In this document: one piece after another, positions 39,514 through 50,212 of the stretch | How positions within the stretch are numbered: the stretch's first letter is position 1 | How the letters are laid out: every line of letters begins with the position of its first letter | DNA from: Candidatus Fimisoma sp. | Lineage (GTDB): Bacteria > Bacillota > Clostridia > Peptostreptococcales > Anaerovoracaceae | Length of the DNA stretch: 64,000 bases | NCBI GenBank assembly: GCA_045592265.1 | Contig: JAZNUK010000011.1 | Location: 9,011 to 73,010 of the forward strand | Reading direction: 5' to 3' | Notes under the pieces: model-generated | The model's database searches: none | Seen by the model: the letters and a program-made list of their open reading frames with translations, nothing else | Told to the model about the DNA's origin: nothing | Translations under genes and position numbers: made by a program

Positions 39514-41910
39514 TTGAAGAAGAAGATTTTAGCAGTTATTTGTTCCGTCGCCTTGTGCATGACACCTGTTTCGCCTGCATTGGCAGTGGAGAATTCAAAT
39601 TATGAAGAGGTGCAGGTTGAGGATATTAATTTGGTGCAAGGTTTGGCAGAGCCGGGAAAGCTTGTGCAAGAATTAGAGGTTTCATATAAAAATCCTTTAT
39701 ATTCGAGAGAAAGAGTCCATGATGGTTTTGGCTTTGAAGAAAAACGTTTACTCTCCTTTGGAGATACTTCAGAGGAGCAGGAGGCTATTGGCTTTGTGAG
39801 AAGAGCTTTGGTTGACAGAGAAAATACGTTTACCGTGGCATATTGTTCTAACTATGTGTTGACTGAGGATAAGTTGATGGAAATATTCAATGAAGCCCTT
39901 GCGCATACAGGAAATCCAGAAGAAGGTGATTATTTGAGGTGGCATTACGAGGAAATGGGTGCTTATACCTCTACTTACCTTCTGGTTGGAGAAGAATACG
40001 ATTACCTTCACGATATAACGTTTGAAATGACATATTACACTGATGCATCACAAGAAGCCATTGTTGCGGATAGGGTCGCAGAGGTGTTAGATGAGTTAAA
40101 TATTGCAAGCATAGAGTCAGATTATCTTAAAGCTAAGAAAATATACAGATATATCTGCAATAATGTTACATATGATTATACTAATTTAAAAGACGATACC
40201 TATAATTTAAAATATACTGCATATGCGGCATTAATCGATGGAACTGCTGTATGCCAAGGATATGCAAATCTACTATACAGAATGCTTTTAGAAGCGGGAA
40301 TTGATAATAGAATAATTTCCGGGACAGGCAATGGTGATTTGCATGCGTGGAGTATAATAGGCATGGGCGGGAACTATTACAATACCGATGCAACGTGGGA
40401 TGCGGGATGCGATAATTATGCATGGTTTATGAAAGGAACAAATGATTTTGATGGCCATAGCAGAGATGCAGAATATCTTACAACATCTTTCCAAAACACA
40501 TATCCAACGCCAGTGACTAATTATACCTTGGCTAAGCCAACAGGGCTTAAGATATCCACCTCCGCAACCACTGGAAAACCAAAGCTTACATGGACGGCAG
40601 TCGAAGGAGCAGACAAATATGAAATTTACAGGGCCACAAGCAAGAATGGAACCTACACGAAGATGTGGACCCAGACCGGCACAACATATGTAAACACGGC
40701 AGCAGTAGCGGGTAAAACATATTACTACAAGGTGAGAGCTATTGATAACGAAAATAGTTATGCGACTTCAGCATTTAGCACCGTGTACTCTATAACCTGT
40801 GACTTGGCAGCTCCAACAGGGCTTAAGATATCCACCTCCGCAACCAGTGGAAAACCAAAGCTTACATGGGCGGCAGTCGAAGGAGCAGACAAATATGAAA
40901 TTTACAGGGCCACAAGCAAGAATGACACCTACACAAAGATGTGGACCCAGACCGGCACAACATATGTAAACACGGCAGCAGTAGCGGGCAAAACATATTA
41001 CTATAAGGTGAGAGCCATTGATAACGAAAATAGTTATGCAACTTCAGCATTTAGCACCGTGTACTATATAACCTGTGACTTGGCAGCACCAACAGGGCTT
41101 AAAATATCCACCTCCGCAACCAGTGGAAAGCCAAAGCTTACATGGACGGCAGTTGAGGGAGCGGACAAGTATGAGATCTATAGGTCGACTAGTAAGAATG
41201 GTACATATACAAAGATGTGGACCCAGACCGGCACAACATATGTAAACACGGCAGCAGTAGCGGGTAAAACATATTACTACAAGGTGAGAGCTATTGACAA
41301 CGAAAATAGTTATGCGACTTCAGCATTTAGCACAGTGTACTATATAACATGTGACTTAGCGGCACCAACAGGGCTTAAGATATCCACCTCCGAAACCAGT
41401 GGAAAGCCAAAGCTTACATGGACGGCAGTCGAAGGAGCGGATAAATACGAAATTTACAGGGCAACCGGTAAAACCGGCACCTACACAAAGATGTGGACCC
41501 AGACCGGCACAACATATGTAAACACGGCAGCAGTAGAGGGCAAAACATATTACTACAAGGTGAGAGCCATTGATAACGAAAATAGTTATGCGACTTCAGC
41601 ATTTAGCACAGTGTATTATGTAACATGTGACTTGGCGACACCGCAGATCCTTAAGACTGGATTGTCGGCAACAGGCAAACCGATGATTACATGGAAAAAG
41701 GTTGAAGGAGCGGACAAGTATGAAATCTATAGGTCGACTAGCAAGAACGGTACATATACAAAGATGTGGACCCAGAAGGGTACAACATATACCAACACTT
41801 CATCAACAGCGGGAAAGACATATTACTACAAAGTAAAAGCCATATATGCAGGCAACAGTTATGCAAATTCATGGTTTAGTTCTGTGGTTGTTGTGACAAC
41901 ACCGCAATAG
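39514..41910 (+). CDS. Secreted protein with a transglutaminase-like cysteine-protease core and five FN3-like repeats
   Basis: TTG 39514 lies 7 nt after AGGAGG. Signal peptide KKKILAVICSVALCMTPVSPALA. Cys-His-Asp triad context (GTAVCQGYANLLY, DLHAWSII, NTDATWD). Five 92-aa W..VEGADKYEIYR repeats follow. Confidence 0.8.
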   Translation: MKKKILAVICSVALCMTPVSPALAVENSNYEEVQVEDINLVQGLAEPGKLVQELEVSYKNPLYSRERVHDGFGFEEKRLLSFGDTSEEQEAIGFVRRALVDRENTFTVAYCSNYVLTEDKLMEIFNEALAHTGNPEEGDYLRWHYEEMGAYTSTYLLVGEEYDYLHDITFEMTYYTDASQEAIVADRVAEVLDELNIASIESDYLKAKKIYRYICNNVTYDYTNLKDDTYNLKYTAYAALIDGTAVCQGYANLLYRMLLEAGIDNRIISGTGNGDLHAWSIIGMGGNYYNTDATWDAGCDNYAWFMKGTNDFDGHSRDAEYLTTSFQNTYPTPVTNYTLAKPTGLKISTSATTGKPKLTWTAVEGADKYEIYRATSKNGTYTKMWTQTGTTYVNTAAVAGKTYYYKVRAIDNENSYATSAFSTVYSITCDLAAPTGLKISTSATSGKPKLTWAAVEGADKYEIYRATSKNDTYTKMWTQTGTTYVNTAAVAGKTYYYKVRAIDNENSYATSAFSTVYYITCDLAAPTGLKISTSATSGKPKLTWTAVEGADKYEIYRSTSKNGTYTKMWTQTGTTYVNTAAVAGKTYYYKVRAIDNENSYATSAFSTVYYITCDLAAPTGLKISTSETSGKPKLTWTAVEGADKYEIYRATGKTGTYTKMWTQTGTTYVNTAAVEGKTYYYKVRAIDNENSYATSAFSTVYYVTCDLATPQILKTGLSATGKPMITWKKVEGADKYEIYRSTSKNGTYTKMWTQKGTTYTNTSSTAGKTYYYKVKAIYAGNSYANSWFSSVVVVTTPQ
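40537..41907 (+). repeat. Tandem 276-bp coding repeat, 5 copies (4 near-identical, 1 diverged)
   Basis: Copies begin at 40537, 40813, 41089, 41365 and 41641, an exact 276-nt period. The first four differ by only scattered substitutions. Confidence 0.9.
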
Positions 41911-41980
41911 TAATTTATTGACTGGTAGCAAGCGTATTGTATCATATGAAAACAAAGGATAGGTATGTGAGCACACTTTT

Positions 41981-42047
41981 GAGATTCGCATATTCCCCGA
42001 ACCGATTAGATGCCACATGGTTCGGTGAGAGTGCGAATCTCTTTTTA
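41981..42047 (+). terminator. Long hairpin terminator after the repeat protein gene
   Basis: Outer stem GAGATTCGCA/TGCGAATCTC and inner stem CCGAACC/GGTTCGG, followed by TTTTT. Confidence 0.6.
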
Positions 42048-42394
42048 TTAAAGACTTTGACGTATGTGTTCAAATATTTGAAGCGGCTGAACCAACACAA
42101 AGGTAAATTCTACAAGCTTTAAAATGAATGCATATATTTGCATAGCGGTCACAAAAGCAGTAGAGCTTATCATTATACGCTTCAAACTAATAAAAAATTA
42201 AAACTTTAAACCGATAAAATAATCTGGCTCTTTTGCTTAAAATTCTCTCTTTGATTTCGTGAAAACATTGAAAAACAGCTAAAAAAGGATAGAAAAACCT
42301 CTCTGAATCCTGTATAATAGTAGTGATAGACACTTTGAAACGATATGAATATTTATGCAGAAATAAAGAATGAAAGAAAGAGGGAGAGAGAAAG

Positions 42395-43936
42395 ATGGCA
42401 GTATTTATAAACGGTCACGATTTGACTATTGAAGAAGTTATCCGTGTATGTCGCCAAGGAGAAGAAGTTCGGTTGACAGAAGATTCTGTAACAGCAGTGA
42501 AGAAGGCCAGAAACTACATAGAAAAGAAGCTGGAAGAAAAGGCTGTAATTTACGGTTTGACTACAGGGTTTGGGAAATTTGCCAATGTTGTAATTTCACA
42601 GGAAGAAACTGCAAAACTGCAGAGAAACTTAATTATCAGCCACACTTGTGCCATGGGAAATCCTTACCCAACACATTATGTAAGAGCCGCAATGCTTCTT
42701 CGTTGCAATGCCCTTGCAAGGGGAAATTCGGGTATTAGGCTGGAAACATTGCAAACGCTGATAGATATGCTCAACAAGGGAGTACACCCTATTATTCCTG
42801 AAAAAGGTTCTCTCGGAGCGTCAGGAGACTTGGCTCCATTATCTCACATCGCCTTGGCTTTGATAGGAGAGGGAAAAGTTGAATACAAGGGAGAAGTTGT
42901 TGATGCAAAAGTTGCTTTGAAAGAAGCCGGAATCACACCGGTGGAACTGGCAGCAAAAGAAGGTCTGGCTCTTAACAACGGAACCCAAATGATGACTGCT
43001 GTAGGTGTCAATGTTCTTTGGGATGCCATGAAGCTTCAAAAGGTGGCAGACATAGCTTGTGCGTTGACAGGAGAAGCTCTCCACGCAATAAAGAAGGCCT
43101 ACGATCACAAAGTGCACGACTTAAGGGGACAGGAGGGACAGAAAGTTGTTGCTGAGAATCTTTTAACTCTGCTGGAAGGTTCATCCAATGCTCTTCCGCT
43201 TCAAGAAACAAAGGTTCAGGACCCTTATACTCTTAGATGTGTACCTCAGATTCACGGTGCATCCAGAGATGCAATAAATTATGCCTATGAAAAGGTTTCA
43301 AGGGAAATCAATGCAGTAACAGACAATCCTCTTGTATTCCCTGATGATGATGAAGTTATAAGCGGAGGTAATTTCCATGGGCAGCCTATGGCATTGACCT
43401 TTGACTTTTTGAAAATTGCCATTTCAGAACTGGCAAACGTATCCGAAAGAAGAACGGAGAGATTGGTAAATCCTGCATTGTCAGAAGGATTGCCTGCTTT
43501 CCTCACAAAAGACGGGGGAGTTTGCTCAGGGTTTATGATTGCACAGTATGCAGCCGCCTCAATGGTTTCGGAAAATAAGGTATACGACCATCCGGCTTGT
43601 GTTGACTCAATTCCTTCATCTGCAAACCAAGAAGACCATGTCTCCATGGGAACTACCTCGGCCAGAACAGCGGCTATGGTTTTAGATAATGCTCAAAAGG
43701 TCATTGGTATAGAACTTGCAGCAGCGGTTCAAGGAATATGGCTGAGACAAGAGCAGGGAGAAAAGGGAATTGATAACCTTGCACCTGCCACCAAAGCTGC
43801 TTACGATTATATAAGGACAGTATCAGACCCGATAGAAGATGATATAATAATGCACGACGAATTGGTTAAATTTGACGAAATGATTAAAAACGGACAGCTT
43901 CTTGAGGCTGTAGAAAAAGTAGTTGCACTGAGATAA
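42395..43936 (+). CDS. hutH: Histidine ammonia-lyase
   Basis: GSLGASGDLAPLSH (the MIO-forming ASG motif). 513 aa. Confidence 0.95.
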   Translation: MAVFINGHDLTIEEVIRVCRQGEEVRLTEDSVTAVKKARNYIEKKLEEKAVIYGLTTGFGKFANVVISQEETAKLQRNLIISHTCAMGNPYPTHYVRAAMLLRCNALARGNSGIRLETLQTLIDMLNKGVHPIIPEKGSLGASGDLAPLSHIALALIGEGKVEYKGEVVDAKVALKEAGITPVELAAKEGLALNNGTQMMTAVGVNVLWDAMKLQKVADIACALTGEALHAIKKAYDHKVHDLRGQEGQKVVAENLLTLLEGSSNALPLQETKVQDPYTLRCVPQIHGASRDAINYAYEKVSREINAVTDNPLVFPDDDEVISGGNFHGQPMALTFDFLKIAISELANVSERRTERLVNPALSEGLPAFLTKDGGVCSGFMIAQYAAASMVSENKVYDHPACVDSIPSSANQEDHVSMGTTSARTAAMVLDNAQKVIGIELAAAVQGIWLRQEQGEKGIDNLAPATKAAYDYIRTVSDPIEDDIIMHDELVKFDEMIKNGQLLEAVEKVVALR

Positions 43937-43952
43937 ACAGGGAGGAAATAGT

Positions 43953-45977
43953 ATGTTAGACAATAAAGCCATTGGGAATTCCATGACCATAAAGCTTGAC
44001 AATGAATATCCTGAATATCCGGAATTTCAGGAGGGAATAAGAAGAGCTCCCGACAGAGGATTCAGATTGACCAAAGAGCAGACCAAGATTGCTTTAAAGA
44101 ATGCTCTGCGGTATGTGCCGGAAGAGTTACACGAAAAACTGGCACCTGAATTTATGGAAGAGCTCACCACAAGAGGAAGAATATACGCTTACAGGTACAG
44201 ACCTGACGAAAGAATATACGGAAAGCCAATTAACGAGTACAAAGGTAAATGCCTGGCAGGAAAAGCTTTTCAGGTTATGATTGACAACAACCTGGATTTT
44301 GATGTGGCTCTTTATCCTTATGAACTGGTTACATATGGAGAAACAGGACAGGTTTGCCAGAACTGGCTTCAGTACAGACTTATCAAGAAATATCTTGAAG
44401 AACTGACAGAAGACCAGACCTTGGTTGTTGAATCCGGCCACCCGTTGGGATTGTTCCCTTCCAAACCTACAGCGCCGAGAGTAATAATTACCAACTCCAT
44501 GATGATAGGAATGTACGACAACCTGGATGATTGGGAAATAGCCGAAGAGATGGGAGTTGCCAACTACGGTCAGATGACTGCGGGAGGTTGGATGTATATA
44601 GGTCCTCAGGGAATCGTTCACGGCACCTTCAACACAATCCTTAATGCGGGAAGAAAATACCTTGGAGTACCGGAACAAGGAGACTTGCAGGGACATACTT
44701 TTGTATCCTCAGGCCTTGGCGGCATGAGTGGAGCTCAGCCTAAGGCGGCTAATATTGCCAACGCAGTGGGAATTTTTGCGGAAGTAGACCTTTCAAGAAT
44801 AGAGACTAGACATAGCCAGGGATGGGTTGATGTAATTATGGATGACCTGGATGAAATATTCAGCTTGGCAAAAGAAAAGCTTGAAGCAAAGGAAAGCATC
44901 TCCATAGCTTACCATGGTAACATCGTAGACCTTCTGGAAGCAGCAGTGGAAAAGAATTTCCACATCGACTTGTTATCTGACCAGACATCCTGCCATAATG
45001 TGTATAACGGGGGATATTGCCCTGTAGGAATGTCCTTTGAGGAAAGAACACGGCTTTTGGCAAGTGACAGAGATAAATTCTGCGCGGAAGTAGATAAAAC
45101 ATTACATAGACATTACAAGGCCATCAAGGGTCTTACGGAAAAAGGAACATATTTCTTTGATTACGGCAACTCTTTCATGAAGGCTATGTATGATGCGGGA
45201 ATAAAAGAAATTTCCAAGAACGGCTACGACGACAAAGACGGATTCATCTGGCCGTCATACGTTGAGGATATTATGGGACCTGTATTGTTCGACTACGGAT
45301 ACGGACCTTTTAGATGGGTATGCCTGTCAGGAAAGCCAGAAGACTTGGATGCCACAGATAAGGCAGCCATGGACTGCATAGATCCCAACAGAAGAGCTCA
45401 AGACAGAGATAACTGGGTTTGGATAAGAGATGCAAAAGAAAATAAGCTTGTTGTAGGAACTCAGGCAAGAATTCTCTATCAGGATGCAGAAGGAAGAACA
45501 AGAATCGCTCTTAAGTTTAATGAAATGGTAAGAGAAGGAAAAATAGGTCCGGTAATGATGGGAAGAGACCATCACGATGTATCAGGAACAGACTCACCTT
45601 TTAGAGAAACTTCAAACATCAAAGACGGTTCCAATGTAATGGCGGACATGGCAGTTCAGTGTTTTGCAGGAAATGCGGCAAGAGGAATGTCCCTATGTGC
45701 CCTTCATAATGGAGGCGGTGTTGGAATAGGAAAATCCATAAACGGTGGCTTTGGATTACTTCTGGACGGAAGTGAAAGAACCGATGAAATTATCAAGTCC
45801 GCAATGATGTGGGATGTAATGGGTGGAGTTGCCAGAAGAAACTGGGCAAGAAACGAAAATGCCCTTACAACTTCCGTTGAATATAACAAGAATTATGCAG
45901 GAAAGGGACATATTACTATTCCGTTCCTTGCAGAGGACAGCTTAGTAGACCAGATGATAGAAAAGTATGTAAAATAA
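43953..45977 (+). CDS. hutU: Urocanate hydratase (long form)
   Basis: 674 aa with GLGGMSGAQ and the LSDQTS / GMGRDHHD-like conserved blocks. It sits between hutH and hutI. Confidence 0.9.
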   Translation: MLDNKAIGNSMTIKLDNEYPEYPEFQEGIRRAPDRGFRLTKEQTKIALKNALRYVPEELHEKLAPEFMEELTTRGRIYAYRYRPDERIYGKPINEYKGKCLAGKAFQVMIDNNLDFDVALYPYELVTYGETGQVCQNWLQYRLIKKYLEELTEDQTLVVESGHPLGLFPSKPTAPRVIITNSMMIGMYDNLDDWEIAEEMGVANYGQMTAGGWMYIGPQGIVHGTFNTILNAGRKYLGVPEQGDLQGHTFVSSGLGGMSGAQPKAANIANAVGIFAEVDLSRIETRHSQGWVDVIMDDLDEIFSLAKEKLEAKESISIAYHGNIVDLLEAAVEKNFHIDLLSDQTSCHNVYNGGYCPVGMSFEERTRLLASDRDKFCAEVDKTLHRHYKAIKGLTEKGTYFFDYGNSFMKAMYDAGIKEISKNGYDDKDGFIWPSYVEDIMGPVLFDYGYGPFRWVCLSGKPEDLDATDKAAMDCIDPNRRAQDRDNWVWIRDAKENKLVVGTQARILYQDAEGRTRIALKFNEMVREGKIGPVMMGRDHHDVSGTDSPFRETSNIKDGSNVMADMAVQCFAGNAARGMSLCALHNGGGVGIGKSINGGFGLLLDGSERTDEIIKSAMMWDVMGGVARRNWARNENALTTSVEYNKNYAGKGHITIPFLAEDSLVDQMIEKYVK

Positions 45978-46037
45978 AGATAGTGAGGCTGTTCCGTAAG
46001 GGGCAGCCCTTGTCATACGTAAAACAAGGAGAAGGTA

Positions 46038-47276
46038 ATGGCTAAATTATTGGTTAAAAACATCGGAACCCTGCAGACTCCCGTGGGAAGTTACAGCCAT
46101 AAGGGAAAAGAGCAGGGGGAAAACTTAAAGCTTCACCATGGGGCAATTTTAGTGGAGGATGGAGTTATTAAAGCAATTACTTCAGAGGGGAAGTTGCCTT
46201 GCGATGAAGCGGAAGTAGATACTGTTGTCGATGCAGAGGGAAAGTTGGTTACACCGGGTCTGGTGGAAGGACATACCCACTTTGTATTTGGAGGATACAG
46301 ACAAAATGAAATCCCTTTGAAGCTTAAGGGAGCAGGATACCTGGATATATTGAGAGCCGGTGGCGGCATCATGGACACTGTAAGGAAAACAAGAGAAGCT
46401 TCCTTTGAAGACCTTTACAACAAGACAGAAGGATTTCTGGATGAAATGATGGGACTTGGCGTTACCACATGCGAAGGCAAGAGCGGTTATGGTCTTGACC
46501 TTGAGACGGAAGTGAAGATGCTGGAGGTTATGAAAAAACTTGACCAAGATCATCCCATGGATATAGTATCTACTTTTATGCCGGCCCATGCAGTTGAAGA
46601 AAAATGGAAGGGCAAAGAGCTAGAATATATAAGGCAGTGCTGCGAAGAAATGATGCCAAACGTTAGAGATAAAGGGCTGGCAGAGTTTATAGATATATTC
46701 ACAGAGGATTCTGTTTTCAATGTGGAGCAAAGCAAAGTGTATCTTGAGCGAGCCAAGGAACTTGGCTTTGGTCTCAAGATTCATGCAGATGAAATTGAGG
46801 CTATCGGCGGGTCTGTCCTTGCAGGAGAAATGAAGGCAACTTCCGCAGAGCATTTAATAGTAATAGACGATGCAGGAATGAAATCTTTGTCCGAAGGCGG
46901 AACCACAGCTATGTGTCTGCCTGCAACATCGTTCTATCTTGGAGCCACCTTTGCTCCTGTTAGAAGAATGATAGACGAGTATAATATTCCGGTAGCCATC
47001 GCTTCCGACTTTAATCCGGGCTCTTGTCCGTCTTTAAACCTGCAATTTGTTATGAACCTGGGTTATCTTAAATACAGGATGACACCGGAGGAAATATTGA
47101 CGGCTGTAACAATCAATCCCGCTTGCGCAATAAACAGAGGCGATGTGGTGGGAACATTGGAAGTGGGAAAACAGGGCGACCTGGTTATATGGGATGCCCC
47201 TAACATGGAAATGCTCTGTTATCGATTCGGCTCAAATATGGCAATACAAACTATAAAGAAAGGAAATTTAGTGTAG
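46038..47276 (+). CDS. hutI: Imidazolonepropionase
   Basis: Amidohydrolase fold with TPGLVEGHTHFVFGG, HADE and ASDFNPGS motifs. Confidence 0.9.
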   Translation: MAKLLVKNIGTLQTPVGSYSHKGKEQGENLKLHHGAILVEDGVIKAITSEGKLPCDEAEVDTVVDAEGKLVTPGLVEGHTHFVFGGYRQNEIPLKLKGAGYLDILRAGGGIMDTVRKTREASFEDLYNKTEGFLDEMMGLGVTTCEGKSGYGLDLETEVKMLEVMKKLDQDHPMDIVSTFMPAHAVEEKWKGKELEYIRQCCEEMMPNVRDKGLAEFIDIFTEDSVFNVEQSKVYLERAKELGFGLKIHADEIEAIGGSVLAGEMKATSAEHLIVIDDAGMKSLSEGGTTAMCLPATSFYLGATFAPVRRMIDEYNIPVAIASDFNPGSCPSLNLQFVMNLGYLKYRMTPEEILTAVTINPACAINRGDVVGTLEVGKQGDLVIWDAPNMEMLCYRFGSNMAIQTIKKGNLV

Positions 47277-47277
47277 T

Positions 47278-47901
47278 ATGAAATTGGTGGAAATGACAGT
47301 AAAAGACTATCTTAATGTGCTTAAATCAGATGCACCGGCACCGGGAGGCGGCTCCGTAAGTGCGCTTTCTGCGGCGCAGGGAGCAGGGCTGGTAGCTATG
47401 GTTTGTGATCTTACAATTCCTAAGGAAAAATTTGCTCAATACAAAGAGTTATGTACAGAGGTAAAGGCAGAAATTTTACAGATATACGACGAACTGATAG
47501 TTGGAATAGATAAGGATACGGAAGCTTTCAATCAGGTTTCTGCCGCATTTAAACTTCCAAAGGAAACAGATGAAGAAAAAGCGGCCAGAAGCAAGGCTAT
47601 TCAGGAAGCTACAATTGTGGCAACGGAGGTTCCTTTTGAGACCATGCAGTTATGTATGAAAGGCCTTGAAATAACCTCAAAGATTGTGGGAAAATCAAAC
47701 CCTAATGCGTCATCAGACCTTGGTGTTGCCGCCCTGAATTTACTGGCAGGTCTTAAGGGCGCATATCTCAACGTAATGATTAATCTGCCGGGAATAAAGG
47801 ATGAAAATGCAAGAGAACCTTTTGACCACGCAGAAAAGATGGTAAAAGAAGGAGAATTGCTAGCTGCAAAAATATACGAAGATGTATTGGCATCTCTGTA
47901 G
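47278..47901 (+). CDS. Formimidoyltetrahydrofolate cyclodeaminase-family protein
   Basis: PAPGGGSVSALSAAQGAGLVAMV motif of the FTCD_C family. Adjacent to ftcD. Confidence 0.8.
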   Translation: MKLVEMTVKDYLNVLKSDAPAPGGGSVSALSAAQGAGLVAMVCDLTIPKEKFAQYKELCTEVKAEILQIYDELIVGIDKDTEAFNQVSAAFKLPKETDEEKAARSKAIQEATIVATEVPFETMQLCMKGLEITSKIVGKSNPNASSDLGVAALNLLAGLKGAYLNVMINLPGIKDENAREPFDHAEKMVKEGELLAAKIYEDVLASL

Positions 47902-47948
47902 AAGTGACTTATACTATAGAATATACTGTTTTAAAGGAGAAGAATAAA

Positions 47949-48845
47949 ATGGCTCAGATTATCGAAAGTATACCTAATATTTCAGAAGGAAGAAATCAGG
48001 AAGTTATAGAAGCGTGCGTGGACCAAATAAGAACTACGCCCGGTTGCACGTTGCTCAACTATTCATCAGACCCTAACCACAACAGAACGGTTATTACCTA
48101 CATAGGAGATGCTAAAGGCGTGGAAGAGGCAAGTGTAAAGCTGGCTAAGAAGGCAGTGGAACTGATTGACCTGACTAAACATACGGGAGAACATCCAAGA
48201 ATGGGTTGTGTAGACGTAATGCCTTTTGTACCAATCAAAGATGCTACAAACGAAGAATGTATAGAACTTTCCAAGATTGTGGGAAAGAGAATCGCAGAAG
48301 AAGCGGATTTGCCGGTATTCTTATATGAAATGTCTGCCCAGAAGCCTGCAAGAAAAAATCTGGCAACAGTAAGAAAAGGGCAGTTTGAAGGTATGGCAGA
48401 AAAAGTGCAGGATCCGGAATGGGAACCTGATTTTGGAGGAGCAAGAATTAATCCTACGGGAGGAGTTGTTGCAGTAGGCGCAAGACCTCCTTTAGTAGCA
48501 TATAACTTGAACCTTAATACTTCAGATGTGGAAGTTGCCAAGAATATTGCCAAGATTATCAGAGAAAAAGACGGTGGTCTGGCAAATGTTAAAGCTATGG
48601 GATTCATGTTGGAAGATAGAAATATAGCTCAGGTTTCCATCAATATGACAGACTTTAGGGTGACCCCTCTTTACCGAGTAACAGAGATGGTAAGAATGGA
48701 AGCCAAGAAATACGGAGTACAGGTTATAGGTTCTGAGTTAATAGGTCTGTGTCCGATGAAGGCCCTTATAGATAGTGCAGAATACTATCTTCAGATTGAG
48801 GACTTCGACTTTGACGGACAGGTTCTTGAAAATTATATTCTATAA
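47949..48845 (+). CDS. ftcD: Glutamate formimidoyltransferase
   Basis: ATG 47949 follows AAGGAG. MAQIIESIPNISEGRN N-terminus and HPRMGCVDVMPFVP motif. Confidence 0.9.
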   Translation: MAQIIESIPNISEGRNQEVIEACVDQIRTTPGCTLLNYSSDPNHNRTVITYIGDAKGVEEASVKLAKKAVELIDLTKHTGEHPRMGCVDVMPFVPIKDATNEECIELSKIVGKRIAEEADLPVFLYEMSAQKPARKNLATVRKGQFEGMAEKVQDPEWEPDFGGARINPTGGVVAVGARPPLVAYNLNLNTSDVEVAKNIAKIIREKDGGLANVKAMGFMLEDRNIAQVSINMTDFRVTPLYRVTEMVRMEAKKYGVQVIGSELIGLCPMKALIDSAEYYLQIEDFDFDGQVLENYIL

Positions 48846-48880
48846 TAACGATACAGCAAAAGGAGTTTGGGTAAGACTTT

Positions 48881-49642
48881 ATGGAAGAAAAAAAGAAAAG
48901 CAAAAAGGGAACGGTATATACGATACTGATGGTCATATGTGTAATTGTATTTCTGTTTGCCCTGTATAAAGTGGTGAGCATAATCCTTGACTACAAGGAA
49001 ATAGATAATTATTATGAAAAGGCTGAAGAGGAGTATGTTGTAGAGACAGAAGATGACAACTTGCAAATAGATTTAGAAAGCCTCAGAGTGGTGAACGATG
49101 ATGTCATAGGGTGGATTTACATAAAGGACACGGGAATAAGCTATCCGGTTCTTCAGGGACCTCATAATGAGTATTATTTGTTCCGTGATTATGAAAAAAA
49201 TTACCTTGTGGCCGGGAGTATATTTATGGATGCGGCAAGCCGTGCAGACTTTACCGATGACCATACCATTATATACGGGCATAATATGTATAACGGTTCC
49301 ATGTTTGGAGGGTTGGATAAGTACAAAAATGAAAGCTACAGGCAGGAACATCCATACATATATATTATGTTGCCGGATGGCAGATGGAATAAGTACGAAA
49401 TTTATTCCTACTATACAGCCGATGTAGATGATGGGACTTTCACCTTGTTTACCGGGGATGAGGACGCCTACAACAGATATGTAACTTTGACTATGGAGAA
49501 AAGTGTGTACGGAGATACACAGGGACCGGAAGCAGGGCAGAAGATATTGACATTATCCACATGTACGGAAGATAGTGATGATTATCGCCGTAATGTTGTG
49601 CAGGCAAAGCTTGTGGGAACGGTGGAGGAAGTAGAAGAGTAG
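48881..49642 (+). CDS. srtB: Class B sortase
   Basis: N-terminal TM anchor, VIGWIYIKDTGISYPVLQG, IIYGHNM (His) and TLSTC (catalytic Cys) motifs. Confidence 0.85.
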   Translation: MEEKKKSKKGTVYTILMVICVIVFLFALYKVVSIILDYKEIDNYYEKAEEEYVVETEDDNLQIDLESLRVVNDDVIGWIYIKDTGISYPVLQGPHNEYYLFRDYEKNYLVAGSIFMDAASRADFTDDHTIIYGHNMYNGSMFGGLDKYKNESYRQEHPYIYIMLPDGRWNKYEIYSYYTADVDDGTFTLFTGDEDAYNRYVTLTMEKSVYGDTQGPEAGQKILTLSTCTEDSDDYRRNVVQAKLVGTVEEVEE

Positions 49643-49674
49643 GTATATAAAAAACAGAAAATTTAACAGAAAGA

Positions 49675-49704
49675 AAAAGGCACCTCTTGCGAGGTGCCTT
49701 TTTC
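49675..49704. terminator. Bidirectional intrinsic terminator
   Basis: AAAAAGGCACCTC-TTGC-GAGGTGCCTTTTT between convergent genes. Confidence 0.75.
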
Positions 49705-49765
49705 CGAAAGTGTGTGTATTCAATAAAAGAAGGAAAGTATATTTAAATACTTACGCAAGAACATA

Positions 49766-50212
49766 TTACCACTGGAAAGTAGAAAAGTCAACAAATTCCC
49801 ACGCAATTTTATCCCCATCTTCTAAAATTTTTTGATTAGCACCTACCATCACAGTTTCACCGTTGATAGTAAAGGTCCAGCCGGTAGTATCCGCGAAGTC
49901 TTTTTCGTTGACACCCAGCAATCCGGAAATATAGCCTTCAACCTTATTTACTGCAATATCAAGATCGTTGGCAATACAGAAAATTTGGGTAGCATCCATC
50001 ACATTAGTGCCTTCTTCCACAGTGAAAGAGGTTTCCTCTATGGGGGTGAAACCTTCGGCAACTATTTCATCCTGTGCACTGTCTGCAAAAGAAATGGTTA
50101 CGTTTATTGGGTTAACGATGTTTTCGGGAATTTCAAACTCTTCTGTAGGTGAGCAAGCGGTTATAGAAAACAAAAGGCATAAAATTAATAAAATAGAAAA
50201 CAGTTTTTTCAT
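49766..50212 (-). CDS. DUF4430-domain lipoprotein
   Basis: The ATG at 50212 follows a GGAGGA. Lipobox LFSITAC. The C-terminus has the GW.F.ING pattern (TGWTFTINGE) typical of DUF4430. Confidence 0.65.
   Translation of the reverse strand: MKKLFSILLILCLLFSITACSPTEEFEIPENIVNPINVTISFADSAQDEIVAEGFTPIEETSFTVEEGTNVMDATQIFCIANDLDIAVNKVEGYISGLLGVNEKDFADTTGWTFTINGETVMVGANQKILEDGDKIAWEFVDFSTFQW

Noticed and set aside
40537-41907. A regular 276-bp repeat array considered as CRISPR or satellite.
   Set aside because: The period is far too long, there are no unique spacers, and the repeats are in-frame protein modules of one ORF.
41937-42122. A 61-aa ORF in the gap before hutH.
   Set aside because: It has no RBS, spans the terminator hairpin of the upstream gene, and its composition is not protein-like.
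48881-49642. The repeat-rich surface protein or the DUF4430 lipoprotein as the substrate of the class B sortase.
   Set aside because: Neither protein ends with a sorting motif followed by a hydrophobic segment and a short cationic tail. No sortase substrate is identifiable in this window.
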